From: Oopsacas minuta
Taxonomy: Eukaryota; Animalia; Porifera
Direction of reading: 5' to 3'
Assembly: GCA_024704765.1 (NCBI GenBank)
Contig: JAKMXF010000027.1
Location: 1-64,000, forward strand
Length of the DNA: 64,000 nucleotides
The translations under genes and the position numbers were made by a program. Position 1 is the first letter of the stretch. The number at the start of each line of letters is the position of its first letter. Shown piece by piece: positions 26,201-41,200 of this stretch. The notes beneath the pieces are model-generated. The model was not told where the DNA came from. It saw only the letters and a list, made by a program, of their open reading frames with translations, and made no database searches.

Positions 26201-29200
26201 CTTCTCTAATTCCACTAGATGGTAACTTTACAGCACCAGATCATCACGTAATTATTCTCAGAATTGAATATGATGTTCTTAACATTATAAAGCTTGATAC
26301 CAATCTCGCAACAAGTCCTTCCAATGCATTTATTACTCTGCTACCCGATGCATTATTTGATTATTCGTTCGTCCCCAATCGAGCACAATTAAGAACTCTT
26401 AGAGTTTCACAATTCTCCGAAGATATTGTTTCACCTGCACTTGAGAATTTCTTTGTTGATTTAACTCTTGAGAGGATTGTTTTCAATTTTAATGAACCTG
26501 TACTTGCTACTTCCTTTGATATATCTGCCCTGAGTCTCCAATCTTCTCCTAACTTTTCAACTAATGGGGTGCAGCATCAATTTTCTCGCCCTGTCTCTCT
26601 AATACAGCAGAATAATACCTTGAATCTGAACGGTCTTAGCGTAACAATAACTTTGGCTCAGGAAGATCTGAATATTATCAAATCTAATCCTAACTTTTTC
26701 ACCAGCGTTGAGACATCTTACATCTCTTTCACTTCTAATTTTGTGACTGACATGAATTCTCGTTCTATTTCTCCTATTTCTTCGAGTATTGCTATTATGG
26801 CATCTGGTTTTATAGATGACACATTGCGGCCATCATTATACAATTTTGATTTTGATTGTGATTCTGGATTGCTGCTTTTAAATTTTACCGAAATAATGAA
26901 TGTGACCAGTATTCAAATTCAAAATCTGTCTTTTCAGAGATTTTCATATGTAAATAACAGTATTCACTCTTATCCTTTTCAGACTATTGATCTTATTACA
27001 AGTGAACCCTCTCTGGTTATAGAAATAAATCTGAACCGAAATGATTTGAATGAATTGAAGAGGAGGTTGATTGCTTTAACTTTTGAAACAACATTTTTAA
27101 CCTTTGACGATATGACAGTGCAGGATATGAATTTTAATTATGCTTATCCTCAAGTTAATGGGATTAATGCTATCCAAGTTAGCCAATTTATCTCAGATAC
27201 AACCTTTCCAACTCTCACTGTGTTTGATTTAGACATGAACACTGGGATAGTTAACTTATACTTTTCAGAAACAATTTCAAGTTCTTCTATTCAGGTACAA
27301 TATTTAGTGCTTCAAGACAGGAGAAATTTTAGTGATATACAAAACTTCTATATACTTTCAGCCAACAGTTACAGCCTGCCAATTAATGATGACATTGAAG
27401 CCTTTATTCAGATTGGATTATTTGATTTAAATGAGATTAAAAGGCTGGAAACACTTGCAGTTTCATCTTCTTCAACTTATTTATACTTATCTGCGAATTT
27501 TCTGGATGATATTTCAGGTAATCCCATTGCACATATTTACAGTACTGATGCTAAGAGGGTAAGGCATTTTCAACAGGATATCACTCCTCCATCTATAATC
27601 TCTTTTGATTTTAATTTCAATACTGAGATTTTGTCAATATACTTTACAGAAATTGTCGATATTTCAACCATTAATATCTTAATGACATTATCGCTATCGT
27701 CTTCCTCTTCTTCAATTGGACAATTGTATAATATCACCGGGGGTACAGCAGTTGGAGGAGATAGCCCTCTTGTTGAAATTCGACTCACTTATTTCGATCT
27801 AAATAACATAAAAAACCTGACTTTACTTGCTACTTCTACTTTCGATTTATACTTGAGGGTCTATAATGAAACTTTCATTCAGGATATGATAGGAAATTAT
27901 GTTGAGCCTGTCCAATTATCGGTGACTAATTTTACGTCAGATACAACGTCTCCTTACCTCTTGTATTTCGATCTCGATCTCACACTTGGTCAGTTAATTC
28001 TATTTTTCTCAGAAATTGTTGATATTAACTCTATTAAAGTTGATGAATTCGTCCTACAGAGTATGGTTTCAAATGCGAATGTTTCTCATAGGATTGCAGG
28101 TGCCAGAATATTATCATACAACTCTCCTGTCATTTCACTTCAATTATCTACTTCAGATCTAAACTCGATTAAGAGATTGCATGCATCTTCATTAGCTATA
28201 TCCAAATCCACAACTTATTTATCTTTTTCCCCAGATTCTATTAGCGACATTGCTGGGAATCGAGTTGTCCCAGAATTAAATGATACAGCAGTATTGGTCT
28301 CTAGTTATATTCCTGATTTGTCAGCTCCAATACTTGATAGTTATGCTCTAGATTTAAATTTAGGTGTGCTGCAGATGACATTTTCTGAAGTTGTCAATAT
28401 AAACACATTTTCTGCAATGGAAATTGTCCTTCAATCAGTTAAAGATTCCTCTGTTGGAGAGTATCAATTTCATCAACTATCTGGTGGAATACCTTCAACA
28501 ATTAATTCTATTATTATTAATCTCAATATTACTAGTCCAGATTTAAACATGATTAAAAGATTGTCCCAATTAGCAACGAATACAGAGACAACCTTTCTGT
28601 CTTGTACAATTGAACTAGTTCAAGATACAAGCAACAATCAACTGCAACCTATTCCTTTTTTCGGTGCACTTCAAGTTACTAAACTGACAATTGACGTTAC
28701 GAGACCATCACTAATGGGATTTTCTATTGATATGAATCAAGGTACTATTTTCCTGTCCTTTGATGAGACCATCGATGTATCTACTTTAATGATTAATGAA
28801 TTAGTTATTGTAAATAAATATGATTTCTTCTCTAATCTCACTTTACAATCCAATTACAGCGATCAACCATACGCAAATCAGTACCATGGCCTCTCTGGAG
28901 GGATGGTGATTGGCACTGATGCAACATCTATTACAATACAGCTCAATACAGGTGACTTCAATGAAATTAAACGAAAGGATCTTTGTACAGATATTTTGCG
29001 AGAGAAAAACTGTTACCTAACGTTTTCTAACAATACTATCAATGATGTACAAGGAAATGCTATTAGTGGTTTAGATTCTATCGCCATCCAATCGAATCCT
29101 TTTATCCCAGATACTACTTCACCATTTGTTATGTCATTCTCAGAATTCAATCTCCTAAATCAAACGATTACTTTTTTATATGATGAAACGGTTAATGTTT

Positions 29201-32200
29201 CAACTTTCGATTTTAGTTCAATCACATTACAAACATTTTTTGAGAATCCTGAATCTTCCATTACTTTAACTAGTGGAGAAATACTTCACGCTAACTCTTA
29301 TATGGTCACTATTCAGATTAGCGATATGGACATTGATAGGATTAAATCTCATCCTAAAGTTTGCAAACAGAGAAATCTTTGTTGGGTTAGTCTCTCAAGC
29401 GGATCTATTCAGGATATGGCAGGGAACTCCGCTGATGCAATATTGAATGGCAAAGGAATATACGTATTACGGTTTGTTCAAGACGTTCTCTCGCCCTATC
29501 TTTTGCATTGGGACATTTCTGTAGATAACGGCACTGTATGGTTATATTTTAATGAACCTGTAATCGTGACGTCACCAGAAATTCTCCCGATATCGTTTCA
29601 CCCCTCCCCTGATAGTATTCTCAATTATACTCTTCTTGAGGAAAGTATATCTCTCGTGAGTGTTAAGAGTATAGTTGTAACTCTTTCTGAGACAGATCTC
29701 TTTTCTATTCGCGCAACCGATTTTATAAAAAATCCCAATAATTCTTATATTACTTTTCCTTCCACACTTTTAACTGATACTGCACAGCCCCCTAATAATG
29801 TCATCCCTATATATATCCCCTATGCTATCCCTGTCCGTTTCTTTTATCCTGATAGTTCTGGTCCGAATCTATTCCGTTCTATCCTTGATCTGAACCTCGA
29901 TACGCTCACTCTTATATTTGATGAACCAATTATTCCATATTCAATTAATATCAGCTATATAACTTTGATTATTTCATCTTCTATTACAGCTATTACAAGC
30001 CAAAACTTAACAAATGGTGTTATTTTAAATTTGAACTTTTCTAATTTCATTAACATCCAGCTAATTCGTAGCGATTTGATTTTGATAAAAGATCACCTCG
30101 GATATAGAAGTGAGCAAGATCTGATCTACACTTCACTTTTGTTTGGGGCCATACTAGACACGCAATTGCAGTCGAGTTTACCCATTCAATCTCTACTTTC
30201 CGAATATATTTTTGATACCTCAAGAGCTAGTTTGGAATCTTTTGTCATAAATATTGAATTTGGGACAATAACTATGACTTTTAATGACGTAATGAATGCT
30301 ACTACATTTAACGTTGATGGCATCTCAATTCAGAACATGGCTTTCGCATCTATAGCCAATCGTTATGCCCTGCAATATTCTTCCACATCCACATTTGCTA
30401 ACGGTTACGTTTTCTCCATAAATTTGGGTGTCAAAGATTTGAATAATATTAAAGAAAATATTAATCTTGCGACTAGCATCAATACATCTTTTATAACTCT
30501 ATACGCCTTTACTATTAATGATGTCAATGGTAGAGATGTGCTTGCTACAACAGATCAAAATATCGTTCAGGCATCTGCATACATTTCTGATTCCTCTCCT
30601 CCTGCTCTTACAAACTTTACTCTAGACCTTGATTCTAACAGACTTTTATTTACATTTTCTGAAACTATTGACTTATCTTCTTTCAATGTATCGAAGTTCG
30701 CATTTCATGGGACTAGATTCGGTATCAGGATTAGTCCCCTTTCTGCAGAAATTAATTTTTCACGACTGGATCTAGTTACTGTAGAGATTTATATCCCGCA
30801 AGCGGATATCAATTTGCTCACTAGGGATACTAGCATTGCTACTTCAGAATCTGATACATTCATAACAATATATCCCAACATTATTAAAGATACCAATGGA
30901 AATTCTTTAAATCTCACTCAAGTTATTGTAGCATCATTATTGATACCAGACTCTCAATCCCCCGAGTTGATCAGTTTCAGCCTGGATTTAACTACGAATA
31001 TCTTGGACCTGGTATTTTCTGAGATTGTTAACAGTTCCTCCCTAGACACCTCACAGATTACGATATTCTCAAATGGGGAGTGGGTGATTGCTAGCCATAG
31101 CCTGGTTAATAGCTCGGCTCCTCGTAATTCGTTTAGTGATCTAATTCAGATTTCATTAGGAAACGTCGATCAGAATGCTCTTAAAGAGGACAGTGCACTT
31201 GCAATATCAACAAATACCACATACATTGCGTTATCTATATTTGTAATTAAAGATATGTCCGGTAATTACAATAAACTGTTGCCAATTGAAGATCTTTTTG
31301 CTGTTAATCAATATACGAATGACCAGATAAGACCAACTTTGTTGTCTTTCTCTTTAAATTTATCTACAGAAATCTTAACTCTAACTTTTTCTGAAACTAT
31401 TTCTATATTATCTATAGATTTAACTCTATTTGAGTTGTCTGATAATTCAACTAATTCTTACCCATTAACTGGTGGCAGCATTATTTCTGATAGAAATTAT
31501 CATATAATATTAGTTGCACTATCAACACCAGACCTCAACAACATCAAGAAGCTTAATAGTGTTGCAACAGTAAGAGAGAATACTTATATTGAAGTTAAGG
31601 CTGGAGCGCTCACAGACACTAATCAAAATTATGTTTACCCAACAGTTCTTCAAGCTCAGGACTTCTCTGAAGATATTATTTCTCCTGAGGTAATCAGGTT
31701 TACACTTGATCTCAATAGTAACCTTTTGATTTTAACATTTTCTGAAACAGTACGGATAACTGCTACTCTCAATCTCAGCAATCTGTCCCTCAGGAGTGCA
31801 ACATCTGGAACAACTCGGAGTGTTAACTTGTTCAGCAGCTATCATAACGATTCTGTTGATGACATACTGACTATATTTCTGTCATTTGAAGATATCAATT
31901 CAATTCAGTCTCAGGAAAATCTGTGTACTGATAAACTGAATTGCTTCCTTTCATATTCATCTACTTTCATTTCTGACGTTAGTTTTAACCCTATAATTCC
32001 TCGAATTTTCCCCTCCACTGATCTCCTACAAGTTGCTGAATTAATCCCTGATCTAGTCTCACCTAGACTGATTGAATTCTCCTTCGACCTTGATTCTGGA
32101 TATTTATCATTAACTTATAATGAGGTTATAATGTATGATACTATTTCAGTTACTGACATAACTTTACAAGATGCGGAAATAATATCAATATCATACACAT

Positions 32201-35200
32201 TGAGAACTATTTTTGTTGATAACGTGAATAATTACATAATTAATCTAGAATTATCAGTCAACGATCTTAATGCTATTAAGCAGATTAGACCACTGTGTAC
32301 TTCAGTTAATAATACATTCATTTCTTTTACATCCAATGCTTTTTACGATATGAACATGAATCCAGTATATTCTGTGTCTAATGTTTCTGCTCTCAGGGCA
32401 TCTCAATTTTTCCAGGACTCCACAAATCCTGTATTGTCTGACTTTTCCTTTGATGTGGATATGAACTCTCTTATTCTGACATTCACTGAAACAGTTGATA
32501 TAACTACCTTCAACGGTTCCCAGCTAACCTTTTTGGATAGTATTAATGGAACATCTTTTGTTCAGTTATCTGATGTTTTATTAGTGAATACTGATTCTGA
32601 ACCAATCCTTTACCTCCGCCTTTTGGATTCTGATTTGAATAGTATAAAAGGTGTCCCAGACCTAGCTAAAATGCTCACTAACACATATCTTAGTTTCACT
32701 TCTGTTCTCATTCATGATATGGCTGGACTTAATGTCCTGGCTATTGAACCTTCAGGTGCATTAATTGCTACTTCCTATTTTGAGGATCAGACTGGTCCTA
32801 TTCTACAATTCTTTGATTTGGATATGGATGAAGGTGTTCTCGTCCTCATCTTTGATGAAGTCGTACGGGTAAGTAGCATTAAACTCAATCGCTATACTCT
32901 CATGGACAGTCAGAATATGTCTAGTTTCATCTACACACTAGATGGTGAAGTTATAGCGAATAATGATTCCGTTTCTATCAGTTTAAAGTTAGATGATAAC
33001 GATATATTAGGTATAAAAACAAACCTAAACTTAGCTACGAGCAGAAACAATACATGGCTCTTTTCTGATGACGCTGCTGCACGAGATGTCTCATTAAAGA
33101 AGAATCCAAATAAAAATATTACCCTTTCTGTACGGAACTATGTTGCTGATTCTACTGGCCCACAAATTATCATTGATGATGTCTTACTAGATTTAGATGC
33201 AGGGATAATTGTCCTTGGATTTAATGAACCAGTCAGTCGAGATTCTCTGAACGCCACCGGGATATCTCTTCAAACTGATTCTAACTCAACAACCAGATTC
33301 CGATTGACAGGAGGGTATACAAACTCACCAGATGGATTCGTCATTATTATAACTCTAACAAATAATGATCTAAACGCTATCAAACAGAATAATCTTCTCT
33401 GTACTTCATTCGGGATAGACTGTTATCTCTCTGCAAACAAATTTACCATACTGGACAATTCTGGGAATGGCCTTATTCCGATATTACCTCCCAATTCACA
33501 GCTGATATCACAGATTGTGAATGATACGGATCTTCCTAGTCTCGATAACTTTAGTTTGGACATAGATTCAGGAACTCTTATCTTAACATTCTCCGAGACA
33601 GTAAATAGCAATTCTCTTAGTATAGCAGAAATAAGGCTACAGACGACAAGAGATGATCGTTCTTCTAGATATCAGTTTCACCATTTGACCATCGGCACTG
33701 TACTCAATCTTGTTAATAGTACAACAGTCACCATTTCTCTCAGTCTCTTTGATCTAAATTCAATCAAAGTACTTCTCATTGGTGAATTTGTTAATTCAAC
33801 CTGGCTCGTAGCATCCAATAGTACAATTACAGATATGAATGGAAATTTCAATTATCCTATAATCTCGAATCTAAATACTCTGAATGTAGCTAATTTGACA
33901 AGAGACACAACTTCACCGAACTTGTCTAGTTTTACATTGGACTTGAATACTGGCTACCTCAACATTTCTTTTGATGAGAGTATGGATGTGAGTATGATTA
34001 ATGTGAATTTTATCACTCTGCAAACTAGAACGAATAGTTATAACTATACTCTATCTGATAGTTCTAGCAGTTTGGTTGACGGACCTTCCCTATCGATTCT
34101 ACTGTCTTTGACAGACAGCAATAACATTAAGAGAATCACTGAGCTAGCTACATTTGTGAATAATTCTTTTATTTCTTTCCCTAATAAATTGATCACTGAC
34201 ATGTTTAACAATAATATTAACCAAATCCTGACTACTAATCCTACTCAAGTTTCCACGTTTATTGAGGATATTACTCCACCAACTCTTCAAATGTTTGATT
34301 TGGATCAAACAAAAGAACAAATAACTCTCTACTTCTCAGAAACAATTCGTCATCTTACTCTAATAGCCTCACAAATTACTTTACAACAACAAACAACAGG
34401 TGGAGTTTACTATAAACTAACGAATGGGGTTGTCAGTGTGCTGGTAGATGATCCTATCATCATCCTCAACCTTACTCAATTTGATCTTGATAATATTAAG
34501 TTTCTGACTGCTGTTGCTACAAATCATTCTAATACTTATATGTCAATTACATCCAGATTTATACAAGATATGAATGGTAACTATATAGAATTGATATCGA
34601 ATATTTCTTCTCTCCAAGTTACTACATTTGTTGAGGATCAAATTGATCCAGAGGTGCTAGCTTTTCATTTGGACATGGATGCATCTAGTTTGCACTTAAC
34701 CTTCAGTGAGACTGTGAACCACAACTCCTTTAATCCTATTCTGCTGACGATTCAGAATAATATGCTAGCTGATACGTTCCTAACGCTAACTGGAGGGAGA
34801 GTATCTGAGAAAAATAGTACTGTAATAACTGTATATCTTAATACTCCAGATTCTAACTTCTTAAAACAAGATGCTGGCATCGCGACTTCAACATCAGATA
34901 CATTCATTGCTTTTCCGAATGGTTTAATCCGAGATATGAACGATAATGAAATACAGGCTCGAAATAACGAGACTGCTTTGATGGCTCGAAATTTTACCGA
35001 TGATACTACTCCGCCAAGGCTTGTCTCTTTCTATTTTGACTTGAATAGTGCATTGCTGTATTTATCTTTTTCTGAATCCATAAATGGGAACACTTTTGAT
35101 ACAACGCAGTTAACATTCCAAGCACAAGTTAACCTAACTGACCTGAGATTTAGCTTTACATTATCTGGCGGTAGTTATACACATGATAACTTCACTTCTC

Positions 35201-38200
35201 TAACCACCACCCTGATTAAGAATGACCTTGATGAACTGAAGAGATTATCCTACCTCGCTATCTCACTTAATTCAACCTTTGTTAGTCACACATCTCAGTT
35301 AATCAGAGATATGAATGGTAACTTAATTTCTCCAATTTTACCTTCTGCAGCGTTACAGGTTCTTAACTTCACTGAAGATACAACGGCACCAACATTCGTG
35401 GATTGGGAAATTGATTTGGACACCGGAACTTTTGTTCTCTATTTCAGTGAGACTGTAAACAGTTCTAGTAGCAATTTCAATGGAATTACTCTAATTGACC
35501 ATTCAACTGCTGACAATAACTCCGTATTTATTGTTCTGGATCAAGGTAGCATATTATCTCCAGACAATACTAATATCAGCTATAACTTTACGACTGATAA
35601 TTTGAATTTGATTAAAAAACTAGATCTCTGTACTGACCGCCTGGAAACTCTTGATTGTTTTGTTGGATTATCTTCTTACACAATCAACGATATGAGTGGT
35701 ATTTCTTTAATTCCCGTTCTTCTCAACCAATCCATTCAAGTATTTGATTATATTAGAGATAGCACTCAGCCAGAATTGACTCAATTTCTTCTCTTCAATG
35801 CTTCAAGCGGGACTGTTTCTCTCTTATTTAGCGAGACTGTGAATATTTCTAGTGTTGACATCACCACCATATCGCTGCAAAGGTGGGCGTTTGATGACAA
35901 TACATTACCCAGACCATTCCCTATAGTCCAACTCAATCCCTCTATCATCCTCACCAAAGAAAATGGTCTGGAAGTATCGTTCATAATTGCGGACTATGAA
36001 CTTAATTTAATAAAACAATTCAACACGCTTTGTGTAAATACACGATCTTGTCATATTCGATTCAGTCAAAATTTGTTGAGGGACATGGCAAATAACCGAG
36101 TAGTGCAGGTAATTGATAATTTTATTTCTGTTCCAGTTTCCGAGTACGCCATGACATTTATTGAAGACTTAGTGAATCCATCATTGATTTCGTTTTCTAT
36201 TGATCTCACAATTCAAAATGTTACTTTGACATTCGATGAGACAGTCGACATCACAACATTCGATTCCTTGCAAATTACATTCCAAAATTCTCATAATTCC
36301 TCCCAGTTTTATATGCTCACTAGTCCAGGGAACGTGCTTAGCGTAGAGAATTGGATATATGTTCAATTCTTAATATCAGATCAGGACCTACTGGTTATTA
36401 AGTACATGGAAGAGTTATTGACTAATGTTAATGACACGTATATTTCTGTAACTTCTACTTTGGTTCTTGACATGAATCAGAATGAGTTAGAAGCAATTCC
36501 ATTCTCTAGTGCCCTAAGGGCTACTTCTTACGAGCGTGATTCTATACCTCCCCAACTAACCACATTCACTCTTAATTTACAGGAATACTATCTCCTCTTA
36601 ACATTTGATGAACCTGTTAAAGTGAACACAACTATTCCTAGTTATATTTCTCTCCTCAGTACGGATAACATATCGATTAGCGGAACCAGCATTTACACAC
36701 TAACTGGAGGTTCGTTTGGTTATTACACTGTTATACCAAGTAAAACTGTAGTTAAACTTAATCTCACTCCGGGTGATATCCGCGAAATCAAACTTGATCC
36801 AGAAATCTCAACTAGCGTATTCATCTCCTTCAGACAGAATATGATACAAGACATGAGCTATAATTCTATCTTGGCTATTTCAAATTCTTCAGCTATAGTT
36901 GGTACAATTATTCTAGACGCAATAAATCCTGCATTGATTCAATTTGATATCGATTTAGATGAAGGGACTTTAACCTTAACATTCAATGATGTTGTTTCCA
37001 GGGCCAGCTTATTGAGTGAACGAATTACTCTATTAAACATAAGTTCTCTGTCAGATTCCACTTATTATACATTGACAGGCGGATCAACCTCTTCTTTAGA
37101 TGGTTACATTATTGTAGTTGATTTTCTCCTAATAGATCTTAATGCCCTTAAGAAAAACCAGGGACTTGTGACTGATATTAACAATACATGGATAATCCAC
37201 CCCAGGGAGTTGATACAAGATGAGAGGGGGCTGTATGTATTTCCCCATGCTAGCTCTGATGGTATTCAAGTAACCTCTTTTATTTCAGACACTACTGCAC
37301 CTGTACTCTTGGGGTTCAATTTTGATATGAACGAAGGGATTATTTACTTGCTCTTCTCTGAGACTGTTAAATCTGATAGTCTCAGCATTACGAACCTCTT
37401 ATTACAAAACTCGTATTCTATTAATAGTTCAACTGTAATTCTACACAGATTATCTAATCAGAGTACTCATACAATAGAAACAGATGATGTGACTATTAAT
37501 ATTACTATTTCTCAGTACGATCTGAATGAACTCAAAAGGCTCTATGGTCTAGCGATTTCTGTTATGACTACTTTCCTATCCTTTCCTGCAAATACTTTAT
37601 TGGATATGAATGAAAACCAAATCACTCCCGTATCATCTATGAATGCAACTATTGTACAAGCGTTTACTCCTGATTCAACCCCTCCTACAATTACGAAATG
37701 GAATTTAGACACCAACCAAGGTACCATGTTATTTTGGTTTAGTGAAACAGTGAATGCTTCTTCGTTTACTCCTCAGAGCATTACAATTCAAGCATCTGTA
37801 AATATATTAGATCCCCAATCTCTATCTTTCACATTGAATGAAGGTTCGCATAGCACCCTAGATGATACTGTTATATATTTTAATTTCTCTAAATATGACT
37901 TAGATGAAGTTAAACGATTAGAATCCATTGCAACTTCTGCGAATAATTCATTTATTTCTTATGATGATAATCTTATCTCCGATATGAATGGTAATAAATT
38001 GACAGCTAGATCAAATGGAAATGCTATACAGGTCTCGGATTATATTTCAGACACTTCTCCTCCTACTCTACTGTATTTCATCCTAGATATGGATGAGGGA
38101 TTTATTCTTTTTACCTTCTCTGAGACCGTTAAATCAGATTCAATAATATTCCAATCTCTCACTCTACACAATCAGCCCTATTCTGTTAATACTAGTATTG

Positions 38201-41200
38201 ATAGTTTCACTCTAACAAACGGTAGTGTTTCTATTCGTGACTCTACGATTATTCAAGTAAATTTTACTAAATCTGACTTGGATACCATTAAGGAGATCTA
38301 CTCTTTGGCTGTCTCTATTAATACTTCATTTGTTTCGATCAATCAAGGCGGCATCTTAGACATGAATAGAAATGAATTGATTGCTGTTACAATACAATCT
38401 GTCGATTTTATCGAGGATAATACACCTCCATTGTTGATATCTTACGATTTGGATCTAAATAGAGGTCTTCTTTTACTCACTTTTTCGGAAACAATGAATA
38501 GAAATACATTAACTTTATCAAATATAATACTTCATAATTCTTATTTTATTGATCCAGAATATTTCGTTATTCTTGGTAATTCTGATTACTCACTGGACAA
38601 TGATACTAAGATTACAATTTCGCTCAATTCAGATGATCTCAATGAAATTAAGCGTTTGAGAATGCTCGGTACCCATGAGAACAATACATATATTACTTTC
38701 AATGATTCCTTAATTTCTGATATGAACGGTAACTCTATCACTCCTTCTCTAGGGGTGAGAGTTAATACATTTATTCCTGATCTGGTTTCACCGGAATTAA
38801 TTCGATTTTCAATAAACCTGACTAGTGGCCAACTTAGCCTAATATTCTCAGAGACAGTATCAGCAATATCTCTAGACATACCAAGTTTATTTTTGCAGAA
38901 TATTAAAAATTCTACAACTTCTGAGGAGTATGAATTTCTACAGCTCTCAAATTCTTCATACTTATCTTCCCCTGATGGTATTTCTCTTATAATCTATTTC
39001 AGTTTGGCAGATTTGAATAAAATGAAGAGGTTACGAACTTTATCCACTAATGTTAATGACACGTTTATCTATTTCAATTCTTCTCTCTTGCGAGATATGA
39101 ATGGGAACAGGATAATTGCTGTTCAACCTGACAATGCGCTCCAAGTATATGACTTCTTTGGGGATACAATCAAGCCTAATCTGGAAGCATTTGATCTAGA
39201 CTTGGATAATGGAGAGTTAAAATTTTATTATTCTGAAACAATAGATATAGCTTCGTTTAATATTAATGATCTGGCCTTGCAATCTTCACAAAATATTTCT
39301 GGCTCTAATTTCCCTGAGTACAACATACTACATGATTGTAATGGATGTGCTTACTCAAATGACACAGATAATCATGTTACTATAGTTAAACTTGGAATAC
39401 TTAATCTAAACTTTATTAAGAAAGAGTACTATCTTGCTCAATCCCGAGGTAGTTCCTTTCTCTCATTCTCCTCTTCTCACGTCAGAGACACATCTCTAAA
39501 CGAAATTATTCCCTATCCTACCTCCTCAGCATTGCAGGTCTCCCAATTCACACCTGACACCACTCCTCCGATTGTACTGTCCTTCTCACTTAATCTCACT
39601 TCCGAGGAATTATCTCTCACTTTTGATGAGATAATTAATGTATCTTCTCCTGTCATCAACCGAATAGCCGTACAAAATACTCCATATTTATCTGCTACTA
39701 CTAGTACCATGACAAATAGCAGCATTCATTATCTAACCACATCTTCCCTCGTTACACAGTATGATTCTACTGTTATCACTATAAGTCTCTCAAATTATGA
39801 TATTAATTCTATTAAATTGTTGCAAGAACTGGCCGTTTCTTTGTCTACCACTTTCATTTATCTGCAAAACATGTCAGTAATCGATAACAGCTTGATTGGA
39901 AATTCGAATTTGTTCGTAATATTGAACTCCGGTATATTTTATCCAGATAAAACTGCTCCGCTTCTTCTAAATTATACTGTAGATTTGGATATTGGTACTC
40001 TAACTCTCAATTTCGACGAACCAATTAATGTGTCTACCATAGATTATACTGGACTCTTGCTTCAGAATAGTATAGTTTCGAATAATATCAATAATGAATT
40101 ACGGTTAACCGGCGGTAACACTATTAGTAGAAACGGTCTTCAGATTGTAATAAACTTACTAATTCAAGATTTGAATGAATTAAAACGTAAAGACTTACTC
40201 TATATTAATGGTGAATCATCTTACCTTGTAGTGGATTCTTCATTCATTCAGGATATGAATGCTAATCCAATTTATCCAATAGAAAATGGAGCTGCGCTTC
40301 AGACCATCTCATTCAGAACTGACTCCACTGGGCCAGCACTTGTTAGATTTGATCTCGATATGGACGAAGGTCGAGTAAGCTTATATTTCACTGAAACAGT
40401 AAATATCTCTTCCTTTATGATTAGTAAAGTAACTCTTCAAAGCTTCCCTTCTATCCGGAACAATTCTCTCGCTCAATACAGATTGATTGGTGGGAACATT
40501 CTTACTACAGACAATAGCATAACTGTATCCTTCCATCTATTAGAATCTGATCTGAATATTATCAAGACTAGACGTATTGGATTGAACAATATGACTAGTT
40601 GGATAGTTTTTCCCAGAGATACTATACACGATATGACTGGTATATCAATATTGCCACAAGTGGATTCAGTCAATGCTACTCCTTCCACAGATTTCTATCC
40701 AGATGCTACTAGACCATTTCTAATCAGTTATGATATTGATCTCTCAAGCGAATGTCTTACTTTAACATTCTCTGAAACCATACTCACCAGTACTCTCTCC
40801 ATCAGTGAACTATTATTCCAGAGTGTGGAAATTCCTGTACGTGTATATTTCGAATCTTATCACTTGAGCTCGAACTCAAAAACAAACTCTTCAGACAATC
40901 CAATAATAAAGATCGAACTTGGTGATGCTGATCTTAACGAGATTAAAAAGCTGACAGAATTATTAGTTGATAAGAATCATACGTATTTATCATTTCCTGC
41001 ACAATCTATCACTGATTATATTGGAAATATTGTACTGGGTATACTACCTAATTTCCCATTACAAGTTAACAATTTTATTTCTGACTTTATACGCCCCGAA
41101 CTATCCGCGTTTTCACTTAACCTAACTTCAGAAATATTAATGTTTTACTTTTCAGAAACAATGAACTATTCTAGTTTCTCAGTAGATCAGATCACTTTCT